From an uncultured Actinomycetota bacterium (GTDB lineage: Bacteria; Actinomycetota; Actinomycetes; JAHEKZ01): a stretch of DNA of 64,000 bases. A program made the translations under genes and the position numbers. Location of the stretch: the NCBI GenBank assembly GCA_963829525.1, contig CAWHIJ010000003.1, positions 2,592,001 through 2,656,000 on the forward strand. The letters are read 5' to 3'. Position 1 is the stretch's first letter. Each line of letters begins with the position of its first letter. Positions 10,390 through 19,807 of this stretch are shown here, in pieces. The notes beneath the pieces were generated by a model. It was not told the DNA's origin, ran no database searches, and worked only from the letters and a program-made list of their open reading frames with translations.

Positions 10390-13035
10390 TTATCGAATCC
10401 AGCCGACGATGCTCAGATTTGCCGTCAGACGGGAATCCTCCGACCGGACCCGCAAGTCGCCACCTGCGCCCAGACGCATCACCGCCAGCGTCTCCCGGGC
10501 TTGCCTCGATGGCACGATCAGGTCTGCCGAGGTCGGCACTCTGGCGCCTCGGGGCCAGAGCTTCAACCGGCCGGCATCGTTGTTCGAGGATCCGGTGAGC
10601 TGGACCACCACGGCGGACGCATCGGTCGGAACTCCAGCGTGTCCACCCACGCGGACGGTCGTCGCCTCACCCTTGCCGAGCGCAGCGCCACCTCCAAGCA
10701 GCGACCTCGGCACCACCGGATGGACGTCGCTTGAGTCACCGGCAGCGACGTACCCGGCCACGTCCAAAGAAACCGGACCGGATCTGTCGGAGGCAACGCG
10801 GATGCTGCCGTTGCTGCCAAGCGGCACAATCACTTGGGACACGCTGCTGTTCCCACTTGCTCGTCTCCACGTCGGAGTTGCCGTCTGCGCACCATCTGCA
10901 GCCCAGGCCCAGACTGCACCCACCCGGGAGCTGCTGCTTCTGCGGATCGCAAGAACGACAGCGCGCGCATTGGCCGGTACCCCTGCGCGACCGGCGACGT
11001 CGACGCTGACCGGTGAACTGCTCAGCGACAACGGACTTGCACCGGCGAGCGCTCTGCGGCGCAGGGGCGTCAGCGATCCCCCCGCTCCGTCGGTGCTCAC
11101 GTAGCCCACAACGGAGGCCTTGAGGGCAACCGCGCCACTCTGGTTGTGGAATCGGATGCCGCCCCCCGGCCCGACGCGGACCATGGCAAACCCACGTGCC
11201 GTCGAGCCAGTCCCCAGTGAGAGGACCCGCGCACCGGTCCCGTTCACCGTGTCAGGACTCACCGACACCCGCGTCCCGGTACTGGCACAGGCAGCCTCGA
11301 CCGAGATTGCCACCGCCGAGACACCACTCTTCGGAACGCCCGCCCGCCCGAGCACCTGTACATCGAGCTTGCGGTCCGGCCCGAGAAGGAGCCGATCGGA
11401 AATCCCGGTTCCAGCCGTCGTTGCGAGCAAGGTGCGCGCGCGCTGGGGGACGTAAGCGCCGGCGGGAACCTTGTCCAGTGATGTTGCGGTTGGCGCAGCC
11501 GATCGACCACCGACTCCGACCAGCACCGATCGTTGGAAGGGCCAGGCCCTGCTGCCGTTGCCGCTGCTCGTCAGCGTAAGTCGATATCGGCCAGGCGCTG
11601 CCTGGCTGCCGTTGTCAGTGCCCCCGCGCCAGGCAGCCTTGATCGGGGTGCCCGCAGCGGCTTCCCCGGTGAGACGTCGTACGACCGCTCCCGTGCAGTA
11701 GTCGCGCACCGTCAGGGTCCAGCTCTGCTGCTGCAGAACGCCGGCTCGCACCACGACGTTTACGTCTTCACCCATCGGCACCGACTCCTCTGAGATCGTC
11801 GGCTCCACGAGGCTCGCGCCCATGTCGCCAGCAGCGAGCCGGCGGATCGTCGGGAGTCGTTGGTACAGGTTGTCACCAGGACAGGCGGTCAGCTGTGAGT
11901 CGCGATGACCGGAAATGACCCTGAAACGCACTTTGCGACCGGGTGCGTACTTCGACGAACCCACCTCAGCAGTCAACCTCTTGCGGCCGAATGGATCGCG
12001 GTGATACCTCGAGAGGCGGTAGGCCAAGACCTCGGCGATCCCTCGCACCATCGCGTCCGACGCCGGTGCCGTCTGGAAGTTTCCCATCGCGACCACCGCG
12101 ACCGTGTCGGTGTTGAAGCCACCCGATGCCGCAGAGCGCACCGGCTTGGTGATGCTCCCTGCGCGCCCCTCGTAGATGGTGCCGTACTTGTCAACGAGGA
12201 AGTTGTATCCCATGTCGGCGTAGTCGAGGGTGTTGACGTAGTAGCTGTAAAGCCCCCGCACCACCGCTGGGCTTTCGCTACGCGTGTAGTTGTTGCTGCC
12301 TGCGGTGTGGTGGACGAAAGCCACCTTGAACGTGTTGCTGTTCTCCAGATGCTTGTCCCGCAGCGACTCGTCGGCACCCCACTCAGCCCGGGTGACAATC
12401 GGCGGCTTGTTGGTCGAAGCCGCCGCGCTCGACCCGCTCCATGGCTCGGTGATCGCAGCGTCGGCATCCGATGTTCCCGGTTCGATCAGGTCAGCCCGCA
12501 CATCCGCGGGGGCAGCGTCACCAACAGCGTCTATCCGCACTTGGAACCCATCGGAGTCACCCGCCCAGTAAGGGACGGTTCCAAAACGACCGTTCGGCGA
12601 GGGTTCGGTTCCGCCGTCCACCATCGTCTGTAGCTCGAACCAGTCGGTCCAATGACTGTCGGTGCGCGTGCGAGCGGTCACCAGAACCGCACCATCCTTG
12701 CTCGGTCCCGCGCCGGTCCACGTGACGCCGACCATGCGGTAGTCCGCTGTCGCGATCGGCTCGGTGAGCAGCACCGGAGGCCGGTCGGCCACGCGAGCGG
12801 CGGTGGACACCGAGGATCGACCAACCTGACGCCACATCGACGCGAGCTCGTTTGGTGCCGGAGCCGAACGCAGGGCTTGGACATCAACCCCAGCCAGCGG
12901 CAACTGTTGAACCTGAGGTGCCACCGGGTGCGGGGCATGCCGAGACGCAGTGAAGGTCGGCGCCACCACGGCGGTGGGGACGACGAGGACGATGGCGAAC
13001 AGCGCGCTCGCGGGTGCCGGACGGGGAAAACGCAC
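10390..13035 (-). CDS. Secreted N-acetylmuramoyl-L-alanine amidase (PGRP/Amidase_2) with FlgD-like Ig domain and three C-terminal beta-repeat domains
   Basis: RAEWGADE, VHHTAG, DMGYNFLVDKYGTIYEGR, GHRD..TACPG; RBS GGAGAGG before GTG. Confidence 0.9.
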   Translation of the reverse strand: MRFPRPAPASALFAIVLVVPTAVVAPTFTASRHAPHPVAPQVQQLPLAGVDVQALRSAPAPNELASMWRQVGRSSVSTAARVADRPPVLLTEPIATADYRMVGVTWTGAGPSKDGAVLVTARTRTDSHWTDWFELQTMVDGGTEPSPNGRFGTVPYWAGDSDGFQVRIDAVGDAAPADVRADLIEPGTSDADAAITEPWSGSSAAASTNKPPIVTRAEWGADESLRDKHLENSNTFKVAFVHHTAGSNNYTRSESPAVVRGLYSYYVNTLDYADMGYNFLVDKYGTIYEGRAGSITKPVRSAASGGFNTDTVAVVAMGNFQTAPASDAMVRGIAEVLAYRLSRYHRDPFGRKRLTAEVGSSKYAPGRKVRFRVISGHRDSQLTACPGDNLYQRLPTIRRLAAGDMGASLVEPTISEESVPMGEDVNVVVRAGVLQQQSWTLTVRDYCTGAVVRRLTGEAAAGTPIKAAWRGGTDNGSQAAPGRYRLTLTSSGNGSRAWPFQRSVLVGVGGRSAAPTATSLDKVPAGAYVPQRARTLLATTAGTGISDRLLLGPDRKLDVQVLGRAGVPKSGVSAVAISVEAACASTGTRVSVSPDTVNGTGARVLSLGTGSTARGFAMVRVGPGGGIRFHNQSGAVALKASVVGYVSTDGAGGSLTPLRRRALAGASPLSLSSSPVSVDVAGRAGVPANARAVVLAIRRSSSSRVGAVWAWAADGAQTATPTWRRASGNSSVSQVIVPLGSNGSIRVASDRSGPVSLDVAGYVAAGDSSDVHPVVPRSLLGGGAALGKGEATTVRVGGHAGVPTDASAVVVQLTGSSNNDAGRLKLWPRGARVPTSADLIVPSRQARETLAVMRLGAGGDLRVRSEDSRLTANLSIVGWIR

Positions 13036-13091
13036 AGAGAGCCTCTCCGGGGGAAGTCGGTGGTCCGATGGGAAGGCGAACCTTCCTGGTG

Positions 13092-13120
13092 CCATCGGCC
13101 GGATTTGCACCCGGCTGGAG
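13092..13120 (-). promoter_or_regulatory. Putative sigma-28-like promoter, overlapping a structured leader
   Basis: CTCCAG-N15-GCCGATGG upstream of the amidase. Confidence 0.35.
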
Positions 13121-13142
13121 ATGAGTCCCTACCCTAACTCTG

Positions 13143-13889
13143 GTGACCTCGACTTCAGAGCATCTACGCCGCGCGTTGGCCGCCGATCCCTCCGGACCCC
13201 GCCTGACCTACTACGACGACGCCACTGGGGAACGAGTGGAGCTCTCCACCACCACGCTCGCCAACTGGGTGGCCAAGACGGCCAACCTGCTGGTGCTGGA
13301 GTGCGGGGTCGGTCCAGAATCGGAGATCTCCCTCCACCTGCCCCGCCATTGGACGACAGCGGTGTGGGTACTTGCCGCCGACGCCACCGGTGCCAGGGTC
13401 ACCCACGAACCCGGCTTCGCATCACCCAGCGGATCGGTCGACGTAGCTGTGGTGAGCCCCGATCACGTCGACGACCCACCGGACGCCGAAGAGGTCTTCG
13501 CCGTCTCCCTAGCGCCGCTCGCTGCGCCGTTCACCAGGCCGCTGCCTCCGCTCGTACGGGACTACAGCATCGAGGTCCGGGCAATGCCGGACCAGGTCAG
13601 TGATGCAGTCGGCCCGCCGGGACCCCTTGGCGCGCTTGCCGAGGAGCAAGCGGCGACCCAAAGTCTGGAGCCGACCGACCGAGTTGCCGCGCTCGGCGAC
13701 CTGGTGGGTCTGGATTGTCTTGTCAGCCAGTGGCTCGCGCCGCTCGCCGTTGGAGCCAGTGTGATTTGGGTGCGGAACCCAGAACCTGAGCTGTGCGTCC
13801 GACGATGGGCGACCGAACGGGTGACGGCAGTCTCTGGCACGCTGCCGAACGGGGTACCACTGCCTGAGTCGATTCGGCTGTTGGCCTGA
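13143..13889 (+). CDS. TIGR03089 family protein
   Basis: PRLTYYDDATGERVELSTTTLANWVAKTANLL; usual position before LCP genes. Confidence 0.9.
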   Translation: MTSTSEHLRRALAADPSGPRLTYYDDATGERVELSTTTLANWVAKTANLLVLECGVGPESEISLHLPRHWTTAVWVLAADATGARVTHEPGFASPSGSVDVAVVSPDHVDDPPDAEEVFAVSLAPLAAPFTRPLPPLVRDYSIEVRAMPDQVSDAVGPPGPLGALAEEQAATQSLEPTDRVAALGDLVGLDCLVSQWLAPLAVGASVIWVRNPEPELCVRRWATERVTAVSGTLPNGVPLPESIRLLA

Positions 13890-13934
13890 TCAGTCCGTAT
13901 TCTGCTCTGCGACCACTACACAACGAAGGACCCG

Positions 13935-15392
13935 ATGACCCACAGCGCCCCTGCCGACGAAGCGGCAACCGACGCACCGGCAGGTCATCTGAGGCTGCGC
14001 CGTACGCTGAAGTGGCTCGCGATCGTCGTTACTTTGCTACTGCTTGCCGGCGGAGTAACTGGCTTCTACCTCTACCAGAGGCTCCAGGGGAACATCGGGG
14101 TCGGCGACTACCTCAATGACAACTTTCTCGGCACCGAGCGCCCCACTAAGCAGGCTACCCAGGCACCCGACGAGAAAGAACCACTCAACATTCTCGTGAT
14201 GGGCTCAGACACCCGCGCTGGTCAGGGGAAAGGCTACGGCGATCCGTCCACGATCACCGGGGCCAGGTCAGATACCACCTTGCTCGTCCACCTTCCCGCT
14301 GACCGTGAGAGCGCCCTGGTCGTCAGCATCCCCCGCGACACCATCGTTGACGTGCCCTCCTGCAAGACCGATACAGGTACATCCTCGCCGTACACCGATC
14401 GCTTCAACTCCGCGTTCTCCATCGGTGGTCCCGGCTGCACGATCAAGACGGTCGAGCAGAACACCGGGGTCTTCATCGACCACTTCGTGATCGTCGACTT
14501 TTCCGGGTTCAACGACATCGTCGATGCACTCGGGGGAGTCGACGTCTGCCTGCCCTACGCTGTGGTTGAGCCTAAGAGCAAGCTCAACCTTCCGGCCGGG
14601 GTCAGCACCGTCACCGGCGATCAGGCACTGGCGTTTGTGCGAGTGCGTGCCATCGGCACGGGAAGTGACATCGACCGCATCGATCGTCAGCAAGCCTTCC
14701 TGTCATCGTTGATCGAAAAGGCACGCAGCTCCGGCACGCTCCTGAACCCAGTCAAGCTTGTCCGGTTCCTGGAGGCGGCCACCAAGTCGCTCACCACCGA
14801 CCCGGAGTTGGCCAACCTCAACCGGATGCGCCAACTTGCTCAAGAGGTGCGCGGGATTCCCCCCAAGGACATCACCTTCTTGACCACACCGTGGTTGGTG
14901 AATCCGGCTGACCCCAACACCGTCATCTGGAACACCGACAAGACCGATCCCCTCTGGAAAGCCATCTCCACCGACCAGCCGTACCCTCCGGAACCTCCAG
15001 ATCCAACGGTCATCGACGGTGAGCCCCTCGCTGTCGCCCCGGAGTCGATCGATGTCCGGGTCCTCAACGGGACCGGCAAGGACGGGGCCGCCACAGCGGC
15101 CGCTGCCAAGCTCAGCAAGCAGGGATTCAACGTCGTCGGTGTCGGTGACGCCGAGAGCACTGACTTCCTTTCCACAGTCGTTCGCTTCGACGTCGCTGGT
15201 GAACAGTCGGCCAGGACTGTGGCGGCATCACTGAGTGACGCAACCCGCGTGCGGCAACCCGGTCTTGGCTCCACCATCGAGGTTGTCGTCGGCGAGGACT
15301 GGCCGGGGGTCAGCCCTGTGGTCGTCAAGGAACCTCGTACGAACGACGGCGTCCGGAACGCCAGCGACAACATCTGCAACGTCCCCGGCTGA
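13935..15392 (+). CDS. LCP (LytR-CpsA-Psr) glycopolymer transferase with LytR_C domain
   Basis: N-terminal TM; NILVMGSDTR, RSDT, VSIPRD, SDIDRIDRQQ; VLNGTG LytR_C. Confidence 0.93.
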   Translation: MTHSAPADEAATDAPAGHLRLRRTLKWLAIVVTLLLLAGGVTGFYLYQRLQGNIGVGDYLNDNFLGTERPTKQATQAPDEKEPLNILVMGSDTRAGQGKGYGDPSTITGARSDTTLLVHLPADRESALVVSIPRDTIVDVPSCKTDTGTSSPYTDRFNSAFSIGGPGCTIKTVEQNTGVFIDHFVIVDFSGFNDIVDALGGVDVCLPYAVVEPKSKLNLPAGVSTVTGDQALAFVRVRAIGTGSDIDRIDRQQAFLSSLIEKARSSGTLLNPVKLVRFLEAATKSLTTDPELANLNRMRQLAQEVRGIPPKDITFLTTPWLVNPADPNTVIWNTDKTDPLWKAISTDQPYPPEPPDPTVIDGEPLAVAPESIDVRVLNGTGKDGAATAAAAKLSKQGFNVVGVGDAESTDFLSTVVRFDVAGEQSARTVAASLSDATRVRQPGLGSTIEVVVGEDWPGVSPVVVKEPRTNDGVRNASDNICNVPG

Positions 15393-15398
15393 CACAAA

Positions 15399-15421
15399 GC
15401 ACGTCCTAACTAACGACGTGC
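15399..15421. terminator. Possible terminator hairpin between convergent genes
   Basis: gcacgtc-N9-gacgtgc inverted repeat just after the LCP stop. Confidence 0.35.
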
Positions 15422-15510
15422 GCGCACACCCTGCTCGCGCTCAGCGAACCGACCCGAGCATTCGGCAAAGCGAGCCAGCGGGCCGGGGTCGAGAGCGACA
15501 AGAACGACGG

Positions 15511-16530
15511 TCACGGTCGGCCCTCAGGACTCCCGGCGACCTCAGCGCCCTCGACGACCTCAGGACTCCCGGCGACCTCAGCGCCCTCGACGACCTCAGG
15601 ACTCCCGGCAACCTCAGGTGATTTCGGCGGGACGGAGAGCCCATCACCGTCGTCATCGTCCAGGTAGTCTTCGTTCAGCGGCACAACGCCACTGGCAGCG
15701 AGCCGCCTGGCCTCCCTGCTTCGCCGTCTGCGCTCTCGCCGGGCCTTCTTGCGCTCGCCCTTCCATCCGGGATGACCTTCTATCTCCCGGTCGGCGTTGT
15801 ACTGCTGGAGCACCTCACCGATATCACCGTCGGCCTGGACCCGGCCCCGACGGAGATAGATCCCGCGCGTGCACAGCCGCTGCAGCTGTCGATCGCTGTG
15901 CGAGACCAGGAAGAGCGTCTTGCCTCCCGCCAGCATGGTGTCGATCCGTTCATAGGCCTTGCGCCTGAAGGAACTGTCTCCGACGGACAGCGTCTCATCG
16001 ATGACGACCGTCGGCTCGTCGATCGAGGTGATCAGCGAGAAGGCCACCCGAGTCTTCATTCCGCTGGAAAGGTGCCGGAAAGGTGTGTCGACGAAGTCCC
16101 CCACTTCCGCGAAGTCGATGATGTCGTCGAACTTCGCCTCGATCTCCTCGCGGAACATCCCGTGCAGCCCACCGACGATGTGGATGTTGTCGCGAACCGT
16201 GAGGTCAGACTTGAACCCGCCTGAGATGTTCACCAGGGGTGCAACACTGCCCACCAAGCGCACCGAGCCCTCGTCCGGGATCAGTATGCCGGCCACCAGT
16301 TTGAGCAGCGTGCTCTTTCCCTGACCATTCGCGCCGATGATTCCCACCGACTCGCCCTGCGAAATCTGGAACGAGACATTCCTGAGGGCCCAGAATTCGC
16401 TCCTCGCTTGCTCGGTGTCCTTTCGAAGCAGGTCGGAGACCCGGCGATGCCTGATCCGGTTGCGCCGAAACTTGATACCGAGGTTGCGCGCCTCGATGGC
16501 AATCGGGCCATCGAGAGGATCACCGATCAT
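15511..16530 (-). CDS. Polysaccharide/teichoic acid ABC exporter ATP-binding subunit (Wzt/TagH-like)
   Basis: FWALRNVSF, Walker A GANGQGKST, LSSGMKTR, IDETLSVGD, LVSH. Confidence 0.92.
   Translation of the reverse strand: MIGDPLDGPIAIEARNLGIKFRRNRIRHRRVSDLLRKDTEQARSEFWALRNVSFQISQGESVGIIGANGQGKSTLLKLVAGILIPDEGSVRLVGSVAPLVNISGGFKSDLTVRDNIHIVGGLHGMFREEIEAKFDDIIDFAEVGDFVDTPFRHLSSGMKTRVAFSLITSIDEPTVVIDETLSVGDSSFRRKAYERIDTMLAGGKTLFLVSHSDRQLQRLCTRGIYLRRGRVQADGDIGEVLQQYNADREIEGHPGWKGERKKARRERRRRSREARRLAASGVVPLNEDYLDDDDGDGLSVPPKSPEVAGSPEVVEGAEVAGSPEVVEGAEVAGSPEGRP
15522..15618. repeat. 36-bp tandem repeat (about 2.6 copies, 18-bp sub-period) in the Wzt C-terminal tail
   Basis: cctcaggactcccggcgacctcagcgccctcgacga at 15522 and 15558, partial at 15594. 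Confidence 0.95.
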
Positions 16531-16541
16531 GGGTGCGACCA

Positions 16542-17492
16542 CTACAGCTCCTTCAAGACGCGGGGCTCGAGCCGCATGAAGAGTCGCCAGCCAAACACGA
16601 ACCAGAGGACCGCAAGGACTGCCGAAAGGCCAAGCAGCGCCAGGACATGATCTGCATTGTTCGGGAAAAAGACCGCGTGGTAAGCGTTCAAGATTCCGAC
16701 CAGAGGGTTAAGCGCGTAGACGCCCATCAACCACTGCGGCCAGGTCTCGTTGCCGAAGAGCATCCAGCTGGGCCAGCTCTTCTCAGGATCACTGAGAATA
16801 GTCTCCAGGAAGGCGACGCCGTAGACCACCGGCGACAGGTAGCGATAGAGCCGCGAAAACGCCCTAACGACCCTGTGGACGTCCGGGTAAAGCGTGCAAA
16901 GCGGCGACAAGGTCATCATCAGTCCGATGTTGAACACGAACTGGACGACAAACGCCAGTGGGATAATGAGGATCCAGGCTGAGGGAACGACGTCATAGTC
17001 GGAGAAAATGAGGAAGAGTGCCATCACGGCGACTGTGATCGGCAAGGTGAAGAGAAACTCGACGAAGCGCGACCCGACGGACCTGAGGACCCACACCTCG
17101 CGAGGCAGATTCGCCGCTGTGACCAGCTTGGCGTCACTGCCCAGCAGCCGCCCCGAGTCACCAAGCACATGGGCCGTCCACTGAAAAGGAAGGAGCCCGG
17201 TGAGCAACCACAAGACGTAAGGCTGCTCGTCGACCGCTCCACGCCCGATGACGACTCCGAACACAAACCAGTAGACGAGGGCCAGCATCAGTGGATCGAG
17301 CAATGTCCAGGCAAACCCCAGTACGGAGTTGCTGTAACGCAGTTTCAGGTCGCGAACGATGAGAACGCGAAGGATTCGTCGGTGGATCCAGAGCGCTCGG
17401 GCCCTGGCCCGAGCCGACGGGCGGGCGTGCGGCGCGGCGAACGAGTCTGCCGGCTCGGCGGAGTCTGCCGACGTGGAAGAGGACGCAGTCAT
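16542..17492 (-). CDS. Polysaccharide ABC exporter permease (Wzm/TagG-like)
   Basis: RDLKLRYSNSVLGFAWTLLDPL, YLSPVVY, LNPLV; multiple TM segments. Confidence 0.92.
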   Translation of the reverse strand: MTASSSTSADSAEPADSFAAPHARPSARARARALWIHRRILRVLIVRDLKLRYSNSVLGFAWTLLDPLMLALVYWFVFGVVIGRGAVDEQPYVLWLLTGLLPFQWTAHVLGDSGRLLGSDAKLVTAANLPREVWVLRSVGSRFVEFLFTLPITVAVMALFLIFSDYDVVPSAWILIIPLAFVVQFVFNIGLMMTLSPLCTLYPDVHRVVRAFSRLYRYLSPVVYGVAFLETILSDPEKSWPSWMLFGNETWPQWLMGVYALNPLVGILNAYHAVFFPNNADHVLALLGLSAVLAVLWFVFGWRLFMRLEPRVLKEL

Positions 17493-17724
17493 GAGAGTCC
17501 AACACTCTATCGCCCTAAAGGCTCAATGACTGTATCGGACCCCGTGCCGCCCGCGGCCACAGCTCGGGCAACGGCGTGCCGGTTCGAGACACAGCGCTTA
17601 CTCCCCTACCCTGGAAGCACTGATGCGAGGAACCGCACCAGCCGTTTCTGCGTCCCATTGACGCTAGCCGGGCATTTACAACAAGGCACCGACGTCCGCA
17701 CCCACCACTGGAGAACGAACACCG

Positions 17725-19158
17725 ATGAGCGCCGTCCTTCCCCCGGAGCTCTCCCCACGCTCGACAAGCTCGGCTGCGACGGCGTCGGGCTCTCGCCGTT
17801 GGGTGACGTGGCTCACCACTGTCCTGGCCGCTGTGGTTCTGCTCACCAGCACCGGCGGGTGGGTGATGGCCACCTATTACGACGCCAAGATCAGCCGGTT
17901 GTTCGGACTCTCCGGCCTTCTCAGCGGCGACAGCAGCGGTCCGCTCACCATTTTGATTGTCGGCTCGGACAGCCGCGAGGGACTCACCAAGGCCGAAGCA
18001 CGCAAACTCAACACAGGCACGGCCCAGAACACCGCATCTGGTCAGCGGTCCGACACGATGATGCTGTTGCACATTGCCGGTGACCGCAAGAGCGCCACCG
18101 TCGTCAGTCTGCCTCGCGACTCTTACGTCACGATCCCGGCCTACACCGATGAAGCCGGTAAGAAGCACTCGGCGAGCAAGAACAAGCTCAACGCCGCCTA
18201 TGCGCTGGGCGGGGCGCCGCTCTTGATCGAGACGGTCAAGAACGAGACAGGACTCACTATCGACCACTACGTCGAGGTCGGTTTCGCCGGTGTCGTCAAC
18301 ATGGTCGATGCGCTGGGGGGTATTGACGTCTGTGTTCCCTCCGATGTCAGGGACTGGCGGAGCGGGTTGGACTTGCAGGCAGGGAAGACGCACGTCGACG
18401 GGCTCATGGGGCTTTCGTACGTTCGGGCCCGCTACATCGATCCGACTGCCGACCTCGGGCGCATGGAGCGGCAGCAGCGCTTCATCGGCTCGATGTTCCA
18501 GGAGGCCACAAGTGCCGGCGTCCTCCTCAACCCCGTCAAGCTCAACTCGTTCCTCGGAGCTGCGCTCGACTCGGTGACTCTCGACGAGGGCATGTCCCGC
18601 GATATGCTGCTCGAACTCGCCAGCGAGGTCGAAGGCCTGACCCCCAAGGACATTCGCTTCCTCACTGTTCCGCTCTCCGACGTCAACCTGTCAACCCCGG
18701 TCGGTAGCTCTGTCCAATGGGATCGCAAGAAGGCCAAACTGGTTTTCGACTCCATCGAGAACGACAAGCCCCTCGTCAAGGAGAAGAAGGGGCCGACCGT
18801 ACAAGTGGCCCCAGCTGACATCAACGTGCAGGTACTGAACGGGAGCACTGTCGAGGGCCTCGCCTCCAGTGCCAGCGAGGATCTGGACCAGGCTGGTTAC
18901 ACGATCGCCCGGCCGCCCGGCAACGACGACAGCACCGACACGACTTCAACGATCATCAGGTACGACCCTCAGTGGAACATCTCGGCCAAGACGCTGCAGG
19001 CGGCCTTCCCCGCCGCAACGCTCGAGGAGGTCGCTGGACTCGGTGGAACCTTCCAGATCGTGGTTGGCACCGAGTACACCAGGCCCGCACCGGTGCGGGT
19101 CGCCCGGCAAGACACCAAACTTGACTCGCACACCGCAGCTGACGACATCTGCGGCTGA
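17725..19158 (+). CDS. LCP family protein with LytR_C domain
   Basis: ILIVGSDSR, RSDTMMLLH, VSLPRDS, KLNAAY, DLGRMERQQRF. Confidence 0.93.
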   Translation: MSAVLPPELSPRSTSSAATASGSRRWVTWLTTVLAAVVLLTSTGGWVMATYYDAKISRLFGLSGLLSGDSSGPLTILIVGSDSREGLTKAEARKLNTGTAQNTASGQRSDTMMLLHIAGDRKSATVVSLPRDSYVTIPAYTDEAGKKHSASKNKLNAAYALGGAPLLIETVKNETGLTIDHYVEVGFAGVVNMVDALGGIDVCVPSDVRDWRSGLDLQAGKTHVDGLMGLSYVRARYIDPTADLGRMERQQRFIGSMFQEATSAGVLLNPVKLNSFLGAALDSVTLDEGMSRDMLLELASEVEGLTPKDIRFLTVPLSDVNLSTPVGSSVQWDRKKAKLVFDSIENDKPLVKEKKGPTVQVAPADINVQVLNGSTVEGLASSASEDLDQAGYTIARPPGNDDSTDTTSTIIRYDPQWNISAKTLQAAFPAATLEEVAGLGGTFQIVVGTEYTRPAPVRVARQDTKLDSHTAADDICG

Positions 19159-19179
19159 CGCACGCACCTTGCCTACGAG

Positions 19180-19677
19180 CTACCCCTGACTCGCTCGTAG
19201 CCGCTCGATCTCGTCACGGCGTGACAGCCGATGCTGCCTACGGATCTGCGCTTCGGCAAGACGCCTCCTGTCCTCCTCGCTTTCAGCAAGAACGGGAGGC
19301 ACCGGGCGGGGACGCCCCTCGGCGTCGACCGCCACGAACACCAGATATGCCGACGCCACATGAACCGGTGGATCGATCTCGTTCCAGCGCTCGGATGTGA
19401 CTCGGACACCTACTTCCATCGAGGTGCGTCCGGCCCAGTTCACCTGAGCGTGAGCATGGATCAGATCACCCACTCGAACCGGCCGAAGGAAGACCATCTC
19501 GTCCATCGAGACTGTGACAGCCGGCCCTCTGCTGTGCCGACCCGCGGCGGCACCGGCAACAGAGTCGACCATGCGCATGACCACGCCACCGTGCACCGTG
19601 CCCAGCAAGTTGACGTCCACTGACGTCATGATCTGCGTCAGCGTCGTCCGTGCCGAATGTGCGGGTACTGGTTCCAT
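19180..19677 (-). CDS. Acyl-CoA thioesterase (hotdog fold, YciA-like)
   Basis: DVNLLGTVHGG, NWAGRTSMEVGV, AYLVFVAVD..GRPRPVP. Confidence 0.9.
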   Translation of the reverse strand: MEPVPAHSARTTLTQIMTSVDVNLLGTVHGGVVMRMVDSVAGAAAGRHSRGPAVTVSMDEMVFLRPVRVGDLIHAHAQVNWAGRTSMEVGVRVTSERWNEIDPPVHVASAYLVFVAVDAEGRPRPVPPVLAESEEDRRRLAEAQIRRQHRLSRRDEIERLRASQG

Positions 19678-19807
19678 GGGTTCATCCAAGCACCCGTTCG
19701 ATAGCCTTTGACCGAACCTGCCCTGACGGATGGGGCGGCCGAGCAGAGGAGAACGTGGCACCGCACCTCGGCATCGGAGCAGATCACCGGCCTGGAGCAG
19801 CAGCCTA

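Noticed and set aside
13095-13116. GGTGCAAATCC as a cobalamin riboswitch or tRNA T-loop
   Set aside because: No B12 box or cloverleaf, and the region is too short
15522-15618. 36-bp period with 18-bp sub-repeats as a CRISPR or TIGR-like guide array
   Set aside because: The units are identical (no unique spacers), in frame within wzt, and there is no cas/tas gene nearby
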